Part shown: positions 13,001-23,815 of the stretch, piece by piece | How the letters are laid out: each line of letters starts with the position of its first letter | How positions within the stretch are numbered: position 1 is the first letter of the stretch | NCBI GenBank assembly: GCA_008632985.1 | Contig: QPGO01000020.1 | Span: forward strand, 434,001-498,000 | Origin: Psammoneis japonica | Lineage: Eukaryota | Direction of reading: 5' to 3' | Length of the DNA: 64,000 bases | Notes under the pieces: model-generated | Databases searched by the model: none | Seen by the model: the letters and a program-made list of their open reading frames with translations, nothing else | Told to the model about the DNA's origin: nothing | Translations under genes and position numbers: made by a program

Positions 13001-13260
13001 GTTAGATCCAGCGAAACAGCATCGCAAGAAATCTGTCCGCAAGACGTTCCAAAATCCTTGTCACAAGCCTGAGGAAATCCTATCGCAGATTGCTGCACTC
13101 TTTGTAACCTTACAGTACCGTAGTCCCCAGGATCTACATCAGGAATGCAACAAGCTCCACTATCAAAATCAGGTGCTTGTGTAGGCTCCGGAGTAGGAGG
13201 GGGGTATGATCCGGTGTCGTGCTTCGTGTTCGTGGGACAGGTGTCATCAAAAGCATTCGG
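10040..13260 (-). pseudogene. Disrupted large extracellular protein: GACC-type Cys repeats, Thr/Pro linkers and a Lys/Gly/Ser-rich (KxxK) C-terminus
   Basis: Repeated modules across frames (SCCVVDSSC..CEFSGGEFNGSGSVC, GACCTDTGAC, VCCLPDAVC..GEYNGDGSAC, GACCIHE, GACCLLDEDGTC), PTPTP linkers, and SKGGDKSKSKGKKG / SKSGKDKGGSKSKSK at ~10050-10540. Many frameshifts and stops. Confidence 0.7.
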
Positions 13261-13826
13261 TGTTTCATAGTGGAATTATTTCTGATGAAGGCAATTCCAG
13301 AATGGAGCAGAAACTAAAATAACGCATCCATCCTAATCCAGGTCTTGATCGTGGACGGGAAGACACCAACATTCAATGGGCAAGCACGTTTCATTGATCG
13401 ACTTTCAACAACCCTAGATATCGAGACAATAGCGATATTATAATGTTCCACGTCACGTCGGCCTCAAAGTAACAATTGGAATACCACTCGACCCAGAGAA
13501 CTTCAAAGCAAAACCAAACCTTGCCCATCGCATGCGTGCTTCATAGACGAGACGGTGGAATTGATAGAGTTGATACTTATCAAGACGCGTCCACCCTGCA
13601 GAAATCGTTTGCATGTAATTTAGAGGGCGAAACGCATCTCTGGTTCAAAACAATTTTGATTACGCAAGCACGAGAGAAGGTGGACACGTCTATTTTCGCG
13701 GTGGAACAGACGAAACTGAGAAAAGGCGTCGGTGCAGCGTGCAGCAAAAGAACCTCAACATAAAGGCGATGATAGGTTTTGGCGAGCAATGTCAAAAGGG
13801 CCTGTTCACTAAGTAGTCTAGCGTCG

Positions 13827-14024
13827 TCAAAAACAATTGACTAACGACAAGCCGCTGTATGGCTGGATGAGTTCCGGCATGTAGTAACCGGTATCTTGTA
13901 TCCTGCTAGTGGCGGGGCCATCGGCAAAAGCATGATGGGAGAGGGCGAGAGTGTTGAGTGTGGCGGCCGCTGCGACCATGGCCATCCGCAATGCTCCAAT
14001 GCTGCCGCGTTGTGCGTTGCGCAT
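13827..14024 (-). CDS. Short ORF with a signal-peptide-like N-terminus, divergent from the FCP gene (possibly a first exon or fragment)
   Basis: ATG-initiated, hydrophobic MAMVAAAATLNTLALSHHAFA followed by DG. No family recognised. Confidence 0.25.
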   Translation of the reverse strand: MRNAQRGSIGALRMAMVAAAATLNTLALSHHAFADGPATSRIQDTGYYMPELIQPYSGLSLVNCF

Positions 14025-14333
14025 GATTTTTATTCGTTCTAAAAGCTGTATATCGAATCATTGAATTCAACGGAAAAAGTGATCGACAAACCAATTCTAA
14101 CCTTAATCCCTGAATATATTTAAAAAAAATCGACGAAAGAACTTCTGTCGATGACGTCAAACGATCTTGGAGTTCAACCCAGAAATTTGAAGTTGATACG
14201 ATTGAAGCAAGAATGAAGTGAAGATCTATCTCCGGGTTCACGACACGCAAGCTCGTTTGAAGCTGGTCATCAGTTCCACTTTTTGTTTACAGAACACAAT
14301 TCGGTCTCCGGTCAAGAAGAAGGAAAAGCAACC

Positions 14334-15134
14334 ATGAAATTCATCCTCGTCGCGTCTCTCGTTGCCGGCACTGCCGCATTCGCTCCCGCTGCACAGAAGC
14401 AGGGATCCACGGTCCTGAGTGCCACTGGAAAGGAAGCATTTGGTGATGCCCTCGGTGCGCAGATGCCGTTGGGATACTGGGATCCCATGGGTCTTTGTGC
14501 TGACGGTGATCAAGAAAACTTTGACCGTCTCCGGTGCGTTATAATAAGCCTTCGTCGCCTGTACCGCAATATTCCATATCCATCACTCTCTCACTCGATT
14601 GCCTCTCGTCTTTTATTTTAGATGGGTGGAACTCAAGCACGGACGTATTGCAATGCTCGCTGTTGTTGGATACCTCACGACTTTCGCTGGTGTCCGATTC
14701 CCGTAAGTAGTAATTCCAGGCGATGTACATTTCGTATTGAACTTTCACAAACGCATCTTACACGTAATCTTGCTCTTATCTGTCTTCACAGTGGAGCCGA
14801 GGACATCCCATCTGGTTTCGCCGCCTTGGACAACCTCCCCGGAATGGTCTGGGCGCAGATGATTGCCACTTGGGCCATGATGGAGGCTGCCAACCAGGAT
14901 CAGTCTATCTCCCCCTGGGGAACTGGCACTGGTGAGTCCACCGCCGAATTCAAGGGGGACTTCCGCAATGGCGCTCTCGACTTTGGATGGGACAAGCTTG
15001 ACGATGCGGCAAAGATGCGAAAGCGCGCCATTGAGCTCAACAACGGCCGTGCCGCACAAATGGGAATCCTTGGACTCATGGTCCACGAGAAGCTTGGAAA
15101 TATCTATGATATCCTTCCGTTGGCCCAGCACTAA
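14334..15134 (+). CDS. Lhcf: Fucoxanthin-chlorophyll a/c binding protein (Lhcf family), 3 exons: 14334-14533, 14622-14702, 14792-15134
   Basis: Bipartite leader MKFILVASLVAGTAAFAP. Motifs GYWDPMGL, DRLRWVELKHGRIAMLA (across intron 1), GDFRNG.LDFGWD, RAIELNNGRAAQMGILGLMVHE. GT-AG introns 14534-14621 and 14703-14791 restore the frame. Confidence 0.97.
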
Positions 15135-16439
15135 ATCATCCCGTATAGTGTAAAGCATTATAAGCTTTCATGCCAACAAACTCTTCTTGCTAGTAGTAGA
15201 AAAGCGTCTTGTCTTTCGGTGGTAAACGTGCAGGCAACAGCATCCAAGTGGCGCGTTGAAGAATCTGAATCTGTGGACCAAGTGAGCGGATCTGAAACCG
15301 CCCTACTTTTCTGCAACAAAGGCTGACTTGCAGGATGAGTTCAAGAAACTTTGAAAAAGAATCTAAAGTTGAATGATTGCCCACCTAAAGATAAAGAGAA
15401 GCTGAAAGACGAGATCGCCAAGATTAAAGAATCCATCCATCCATCCACTTGTCCTTTCCATCATTGGCACAGGCGCTTGCACAGCATCAGCAGCGAGCGC
15501 AGCACCAGTGCTCACATCATCAGCACAGGCGCTTGCACATCATCAGCAGTTGGCAGCGAGTTCAGCACAGGCTCAAGTTCAAGAAATGTGGTGACGTTGA
15601 TTGCCCATGGTTCGAGTGCTCACTGAGAAAGATCTCTTCCTGTTTGCAAGTGGCGCTGGCATGATTTGCTCCATCGCACAGACCTTTCTTCGTCTCAAGT
15701 TTGACAGACAGCTGCAAGTCAAGTGGGCGGAGTGGAAAGGGGGTGGCCCATCCACCCAAAACTCATCACCACCGACCACGTGGCACAGCTTCTGGCATTC
15801 TTCCAATGACAAAACACAATTTTTTTCTGATGGTGCCCCCAACCCATGACTCACATCATGCAAATCTCATGGTGTTGTGGTGAGAAAACACAGTGTGTCA
15901 TGCTGCAGTTGTGATGGTGCAGCAGCAAGATCACATTGGTGCGTGCATTTCTGGTGGCTTTGGCGATGTTCTTGCCTCTCCTTGTCCTGCTCACAGTGTC
16001 TTTTTTGTCTTGCTGTGCTCCAGAGCACATCAGTGGCCAGTTTCCACAAATTGACAATGTTGCAGATGGCGTGTGTGAGTGTCATTGCATGAATTTATTT
16101 GTGATGAATCATCGCCATTTGGCATGAATCACACCCATTCACCACAAGAAGGTGTGGTTAAAAACAAACAAATGTCCATGCAAACTAACAAATGTCTGGT
16201 GATGTCAACACACAGTCATTGATCCCAACAAGCAAGGTGCAACTCAACAAGTTTGCATCTCCAGACCAGTTGCTTGGCGGGATTGTGCTTTGCTTGTCAT
16301 CGCCGACCAGGTGATGACTGTGTGTGGCATTGGGTCTCATTTTCAATTTTTGCTGTCAAAATCAATCGGTTGACTTGCGTGTCAAAACAATCATTCTCCA
16401 TTGTCCCATCCGTTTGTTGCATGTTGCTGCTGCAATCAA

Positions 16440-17330
16440 TCATCAACAATTGTGAGTGCAAGCAATCACTGCCAAGTCAATCTCGACTGAACCACCGCCA
16501 AGTCCAGTTTGTAGATTTTGGCACAGATGACCTGTTGGTCATCTTCATCATCCAAGCCATCCTGTGCTTCTTTCACCACCTGTTGATCTCGCTCAGTTGT
16601 GATGGCTCTGCAGAGCTGTTCCCACCACCCAAGTCGTCTGCTTGCAACATCTTGCTTGATCTCCATGACCATTTCAACAAAGAACTTGTCAGCCTTTGGC
16701 AACCACCCTTTGCTCTTCCTTGGTGTCTTGCGCTTCCTCAGTCCCGCGCTTCCGTCTGTGTCTTTTGGCTTTGCTGCCGTGAAATGCTTGAGTGTCCTGA
16801 CAACCTTTCTCTTCTTGCTGGATGCGCCCGCATCATTTTGGATGTCAACGAGCTTTTTCGCAGCCTTGGTCAGAGCTGTGACTCATGCCGCAGTCTTTGG
16901 CTTGTCTCTGATCAACTTGACCATTGCGTCCCATCTCTCAACCAACTCCATGTTGCAATTGGACTTCAAAGTCCCATCCTTGTTTTGGCTCTTGCAGTTG
17001 GCACACCATGCATTGCAGTTGTTCTTGAGGAGCATGTGGGCAAACGCCTTGGCACATGCTGTGCCCGTTCTCTTGTTCTTGGTGGTGCACTCTTTCCAGT
17101 GTGTGTCTTCAACAATCGGGTGCAGCGTGCAGTCATGGAACACCACCTGCAAAGCCGGGTTTCCCAAGCAATCTTGGAATCTTTCTGCGGACGGCAAGAT
17201 GCAATTGTTGTCATTGCAGTGTGCACAAAGAGCTTCATTCATGGCAGGGAAAGCAAGTGACGACACTGTTGGCAACTGCAATGGCTGTTCTTGTTGCACC
17301 CTCCATTTGCACTCACTGTGGAGCTTGTCC
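16440..17330 (-). pseudogene. Decayed ORF of unknown (probably TE-associated) family
   Basis: Protein-like fragments AFAHMLLKNNCNAW..TLKSNCN and DKFFVEMVMEIKQDV..WWEQLC across frames. Cys occurs where Tyr would be plausible. Confidence 0.35.
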
Positions 17331-17899
17331 TGATGTGCCTGGTGAGCAATTCAAAACGTTTCATCTTAAATGTCTGAACATGTGTTTGCCATGATGTCCA
17401 ATGTCTCTTTACAGCCAACTCTCCAACAGCTGCTGACTGCAAGAGGCAATGGCTTCATGCTGTGACAACAGCAAAAGCAGTCTTGGACCAGAGTGCAAGT
17501 TGACAAGCAACCACATCATCAACTGTTGCCACTGCTCACCACCCCACAATGTGAAAACTCCACCGTAAAGTGACTGTGCATGCATTGTGCATTTGTTGGC
17601 GCTCTGCACCCATCTGTGGTTGTGGATTGCTGGGACAAGCAGGCGTGATGAAGCTTGCTGCAGGTTGCGACACCAGTTCTGTAATTTTTTAGGATTGAAC
17701 AGTGATTGGAGGTCTGTGGTGTTGGCAGATTCGGGTCTGGAGAAACAGGTGGTGGGAGAGTCGTGCAGAGTGTGCTTGGGGATGGAGAGAAAAAGGGTTT
17801 GCCGAGGGTGCAGACAGATGATTGAGAGGAGGAGTTGGTGATTGCAGGATGGCGAAGAAGAAAAACTTGACATGCAGAGAGGTGGCTGGAGAGGACAAA

Positions 17900-20660
17900 G
17901 CTGAAGTTGAGACTGAGGATTTGAGAGGCCCAGAGTTGGGGGGGTTGCAGTGTGATGGGAAGAGCCAAAGCAGTCTGGTGAAAGTTGTTTCCAGGCCTCA
18001 TTGGAGCAGGCAAGGAGGTTGGAGGGTGCAAGAAGTGAGTTGGTGAAGGCGGAGAAGGATGCTTGGGAATTAGACAGGGAGGATGGGCTTGACCAGGGCG
18101 GTTTGGGAGGAAGGGTTGGGATGGAGGAGGAGGCAGTGGTGGAGGTGCCAAAGAAGAAGACATGGAAATGGCACCCAATTCCTCCAAGGTGGTTGAAGGT
18201 GAAAGGGAGGGGGAAGAGTCCAGCTTGGTTGATGGCATCAATGATGTTGGAGCCATGAGCAGATGATGCAAAACTGCCAAGGAGCTTGTCCCGTGCACTG
18301 CTGAGGTGAGCCTTGCTTGACAGGTTTTCAGGGATGGGCAAACCAGGTGCAGGAGGTGGGGGAGCTGGTGGTGCGGTGATGTTGATGGCCAAGAATTGAT
18401 GGGTGGATGGGGCATTTGGTGGTGTGGAGCGGGGGTGAGTTGAGTGCCGATGTTGGCAGGGTGTTTGAGGGGGTGGTCATCTGAGATGCCGGCAGGGTTG
18501 AGGCATGCTTGTTGGCGAGAGAGGCACAGACCGCAGAGTGGCCCCATCATTTTGGTGACGGCGCAGACGGTGTCTCGGATGTGATTTGACAGATGGCCTT
18601 TGCACATTTTAGAGCAGGCAAAGGTGTGATTGCCACATGGGTCTGGGTGGACGTGGCCACATGGGCAGTCGTGTTGGAGGAGGTTAGAGGAGATGATTGG
18701 AAACAGAGCTTCCACAGGAGAAGAAGCATGAACAAGTGCAGTGGGAGCCGGTTGGAGGCATGAGCTTGGGAGAGAGAATGAAGGCACAGGCTTGCCAGTG
18801 GAGATGGCAAGGATGGAAGGGCTGGCTGCACAGAAGGACTGGCAAGGATCAGAGGGAGAGTGCTGTGCTTGTGATGACACAGATGAAAGCATTGTGAAAG
18901 ACCCCAGAGGTTTTGGTGTTTGACAGTGTGTGTCAGGGAGGTGAGGGAATGGGAGTCAAACTGAAGGAGGGTGGGAGCACAGTGGTGGAAGATGCAGCAG
19001 AGGGAAAGGGTGGAGTGTGGGTTGGACCATGAGCCAAGAGCAGTGGAGTGGCTTGAGGGAAGGTGGAAGATGGCACCGCTGCTGAGTGGGATGCTGTGTT
19101 TTGTGTGCCGCACAGATCTGATGAGGGAGGTCAAAAGAGCTGGGACGGCAATGGCAGAGATGTTGTGACAGCTGGTGCTGCCTGAGGAGACAGGTGAGCT
19201 GGTGATGAGTTTGGCAGCAGAAGGGAATGGATTGGTGTGTTTGGTTGGGTGGGCAAGAAAATGCAGGGAGTGGCCAATGATTTTGTCAGCAAAGGGAGAT
19301 GTCCATTGAAAGGGGAGTGGGAGGGCATTGGATTGCATCAGGTTGCAGCATGCATCAGCTGCCAGAAGGTGGGTGATGGAAGGGATGGAGCATTTGTGGA
19401 AGAGTGTGCTTTGTGTCTGTTTGTCGGTTGGGCGGGTGGCAAGGCGGCGAAGGTCAGTGGCAAAGGAGGTGACCTTGTCATGGAGAAAATTGAAGGCAAA
19501 GGTGGGTGAGCCGATGGGTTGGCCGAGAAAGCAGACGCCGGTGGTGATTTCAGGTTTGATGTGGGGGGTGTTGTCGCGGGGGTTGAGGAAGGCAAGGGCT
19601 TCAGAAAGAGCTGCAGCATTGGCGGGTGGGAGGCGGTTGTTGGGAGAAGTGCCGGTGATGGATGCAAGGATTTTTGTCTTGGAGGCATTGAGCTTGATGC
19701 CAAATTGGGGGCCGCAGGTGGAGAGTTGCTCAAGGAACCAAGGAAGCTGAGAAAAAGGAAAGGAAAATGTGGGTGTTGCAGACACATGAGGAAGTGGTAG
19801 ATTTGGAGCAAGGAGAAAGTCAGTGATGCAGCTCATCGTTGACAGGGTTGAACGCGTGGACCAGAACAAGGCAGGAAAAGACTGAGCTGAGGGGGCAGCC
19901 TTGAGCAAATCCTTTGGGTTGAGAAAAGGAGGACCATTGCAGGTGATGGTCATGACACCAGCAAGTGTTGGGATCTTGTCAGAGTGAGTCAAAGAAAGGC
20001 AGTGAAGTGTGGCATTCATTGGAGTTTGCAAGGGTGTCGCGGCAAGCATCACGGGAGCATTCATTGAAACAGTTGGATGGGTCAAGGAAGAGGAGAGCTT
20101 TTGTTGGTGCAGAGTCCGGTTGAAAGAAGCATTTGATGTTGGTGCAAGCAGCATTCACAAGGTGGTTAAGGCCACCTTTGATGCCAACTCCGAATTGGCC
20201 AGAGAGCAGGAGGTTGGAGGCAAAAGTGGTGGCAAGGAGGAACATGACAAGGGTGCCAATGATTCTTTGAAGGGCCATGCCAACACCAATTGGCCAGAGT
20301 TTAGAAAGGTTGGATGAATCCTTGTGCAGGGCAAGGAAGCAGTTGGGTGAAAAAGCAGGTTTGATGGATGTGGGGATGTGCAGGTTGGTTGGATTGGAGG
20401 ATGGAGGGAGGGACAACAGGAAATCTTGGAGTTCAGAGCTTGCAATGCTTGCAAATTTGGCTGATGTCTTTGGGGTTGTCGCAGCTTGCATCTGCACTGC
20501 ACAAAATGCAACAGTGAAATTCCGTTGGTTTCCTGCCACAATTTCCTCTGTTTTGAAATGCATGGAAGGGACATTTTGAAGATGTCTAACAGCTTGCAGG
20601 GCTTGGAATTGATCCAAAGCAGGATGGCATTGACTCATTGCTTGGCACACCATTTTCACA
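17900..20660 (-). mobile_element. Decayed non-LTR retrotransposon (CRE/RLE-type): RT, Zn-knuckle and restriction-like endonuclease
   Basis: RT motifs LHK..LWPIGVGMALQRI (~20290), QFGVGIKGG, LLFLDPSNCFN, MSCITD at the YxDD position (~19816-19836), GIKLNASKT, GVCFLGQPIGS. C-terminal CPCG..DPCGNHTFAC, HIRD and HPANI (RPADI-like). Frameshifts and stops. Confidence 0.82.
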
Positions 20661-23394
20661 TGGCAGCCAAGTCACGTTGGAAAAAGATAGAATGTTGAGT
20701 TTTGGTGACCCTCAAAACAGCCCTTCCATGACTTTGTGAAGCAATGACATGTCTTTGCTTGCCTGGTGGAGAATGTGCATGATGTCTCCATTTGTCCCAG
20801 CAACAATGCCTTGCAAATGCAAGGATGTGAGTGTTGCAGTCTGAGTCTGCACAACACAAACAAGCAGTTTGCAAAAGAAGAGTGCAAAACTTTTCCAGCA
20901 CACATGCATTGGATGCATGCATTGTTCAAGCAGAAGAAACAACACACACACAGTTGTGTGTTGTTGCAAATGTCAATCTTGTGTGACAATCGTGGATGCC
21001 TGTGAATGGCAGATTGATTGCACAGAACTGATCAGAAGTCTGAAATTTCAAATGCAATCAACAGATGATGTTGACACACAAGGCATCAATGTCAGTTGCA
21101 TCTGGACAATCTGTTGTCATGATCACATTCTCCAAAAGGCCTTTGCTCTGTGGGAGCAGCACAAACACTTTGGGCCATTGAGAACTTGTTCAGAGAAACC
21201 CAAACTCACAGAGCAAATTTCAGTCTCACAACTTCCACTTTTTGTGATTTGTTCCACTTTTGTTTGCACTTGTTCTTCAAGTGCAGTGTACATCACTGTC
21301 CTGTTCCCAGCATTTTTGGTTCTGCTTGACTTTTTCCAAAGAAGATGGCCACAGAATTTGTTGTCACATCTTTGTGGTGCAACACTCTGAAGCTTGCTTT
21401 CTGCAATTTCCATTTCAGCATCACTTCTTTCATCTCTTCAGCTTTGCCACCACCGCACATGCAGCAACAACACCTTTTCCAATGCTTCTTAAAATCATGT
21501 GGGTGGGAGACTCTCCATCCACAAAGCACCATGGATTTGTGGTCTCCAAAATGACATCCACAGGAAGGCAAGAAATGCAATCACAAAGCTCATGACAAAA
21601 AAAAAATGTGGCAACCTCTGATCCAGGCTTGGCTTGAAGCTCACAGCTCTGTGGCAGATGAGCTGCATGCTTCAAAGGAAAAAGGGACAACAAGGATTGT
21701 GAGATGAGAGATGAAATGTTGCACATGCATGCCAGTGTGCCTGCAGCCAATGAACTCAAACAAACAAAAGTCAGCTCAAGGACACTTGCACTCCAAATGT
21801 CTTTGGCAGGCACCAGGGCAAGGAGATCCAGGCCTGGAGTGTTTTCCCATTCTCCAGGGCAACAAAGCATGGTTGCCATCATGTGTGTAAACAAACCAGC
21901 AAGCACTTGAACAGACCAACTGCACCAGAAAGTTTTCAGGCTCACAATCCATGAGAGGCTCTTGCACATTGACTTGCCTGCACTGCCACAAGAAAAAAAA
22001 GAATGGCGCCATTGGAGTGGAGTCATGCCCAATTTTTGTGGCATGTCCATGGCTTGAATGTGAGCTGATTGTGGCTGCATTGGCTCCAGATGAGATGCTC
22101 TGACCATTGCAGGAACTGGACAAATGCTGCAAAACTCATTTTCTTCTTCTCTTCAGGCACCCTGTTCTTTGTTTTCAGTCTGTGTTCATTTTGACCTTCA
22201 TTGTCTGATTTTTGGTGCTTCAATTTGTTGGGATTGGTGATTGTGATGGCTCCAGGGTGCAGGTGGCTGAGGTGCAGTGCGCTGCTGCACACTTTTGGGA
22301 GAATTTTTGGAGCTTGGGCTTCAACAAGATGTCACAGTTTGAAGTTTTTTGTGTGCCCATTTTTGATGGCTGAGGACCAACAAGGCAAGCGTGCAGTGAC
22401 ATGAAGTTGTCAGCCCTGGCACCTGTGCAAAAGATTTGGGACTCACTGAGGTTGTGTTGTGCTTCACAACAGCAGAAAATTCCAGTCAATGCAATGACAG
22501 TGCACCTGACTGCACCCACTGGGCATTTGGTCTTTGTCCATGTGCAATCCATGCTGTGCATTGGGCAAAGCCAATTTAACAAAGAGTGGCGCCAAAATGA
22601 CACTTGACAAACAAAGCAAGGATGTCAACATGAAAAAGCCACAGACTGCCTTGCATTTTGTTGGACAAGCACTTTGTCATTCTGTTCAAGGTGGGCACAC
22701 TCCTAAAAACACATTGTGTTTCTCTCTGGATGGAGCATCAACATTGTTGCCCCTTGTGTCATTTTTTGCATGGTTGCTTTGTTTCACAGCATCCATGCTT
22801 GACCAAGACAGACAAAAAACTCAGGCACTCTTTTGTTTGTTTGGCAGGTGTCAGCATCAATGAACAAGCTGGTGGCTTCACCATCACAAAAACAAAAAAG
22901 CTCCATCTTGTGGCAGCCCAACACACTCTTGTTTTGTTCGGGGCAGGATCCTCCATGAGTTGACAAGCCTGGCATTCACATTGACACACCAAACAACATG
23001 CCAAGAGTGCCAACACAAATGCAACACAGAACCGTGTGTGCCACAATGAGCAACAAACCATTTGTGGCAAAGGCACCCATGTTGTCAGACAGATGAGATC
23101 ATTTGCAATGATTGTGGTGTCTCAGCAGTCTCACATCAACTTGACTCACTCACATGACAGCAAGCAACTTGCCATCAAAAAACAGTGCAGATGCCCAAAG
23201 AATTGCCAACGTTGTTGTTGGCATGATTTTGTGAATGCTTGCATTGATTCAAAAGAGAGTGCAGGGCATGCAGCAGTGCCATTGTGCTGTGATGAAGAAA
23301 TCAGACTGCACAACCCAATGGGGCACAGAGAGATGGTGCAGAGGACAGGAAAAGGAAGCCATCGTCAGCGCCGTTTGCCCTCGGGGTGTTTCCC

Positions 23395-23815
23395 AGCTCA
23401 AATGCCTCTGCACATGAGTGGTGAAGGCAATCTTGTCAAAGAAAACAAGTGAGAAAGTGAAACAAAAGCACTGCATGATTGGATTGCAACAGAGAGCGAA
23501 AACGGGCATCGAGCCGTGTGGTGTGTCAGCGCCAAAATCTGTTTTTTTTCCATCTTGCGGGGTTGTCAGCCGATTGCCTTCCAACAAGCAATGCATGTTC
23601 ATTCTACATGACAGCAAAGACCAGTGGACAGCGTTGGCGTTGTTAAAAGGATTGCATCTGGTCTAAAAAGCCGCTCCGATTCATTCTCATGGTGTGTGGT
23701 GTTTTGAGTTTCGAGGTGTGATACGCAAACGTGACTGATGAGTCCCGTATACGCTCATAAAATCGCGCGGTCTGAGCTCGTCTCGCGCGTCTCAGTCGTT
23801 ACCGTAAAGTGTACG
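23395..23815 (+). repeat. Dispersed repeat / putative element end, copy 1 (mostly hypermutated)
   Basis: Collinear with ~49555-49935 (e.g. CTCATGGTG.GTGG, ACGTGACTGA(A)TGAGTCCCG, CTCAGTC.TTACCG). Confidence 0.75.

Larger units (their letters stand above)
15400..23690. other. CpG- and TpA-depleted block 2, nested TE relics
   Basis: Same dinucleotide signature as block 1, starting ~250 bp after the FCP stop codon and ending at ~23690. Confidence 0.9.

Noticed and set aside
16253..17260. 335-aa plus-strand ORF
   Set aside because: It is the antisense shadow of a decayed minus-strand ORF in stop-poor sequence, with no motif.
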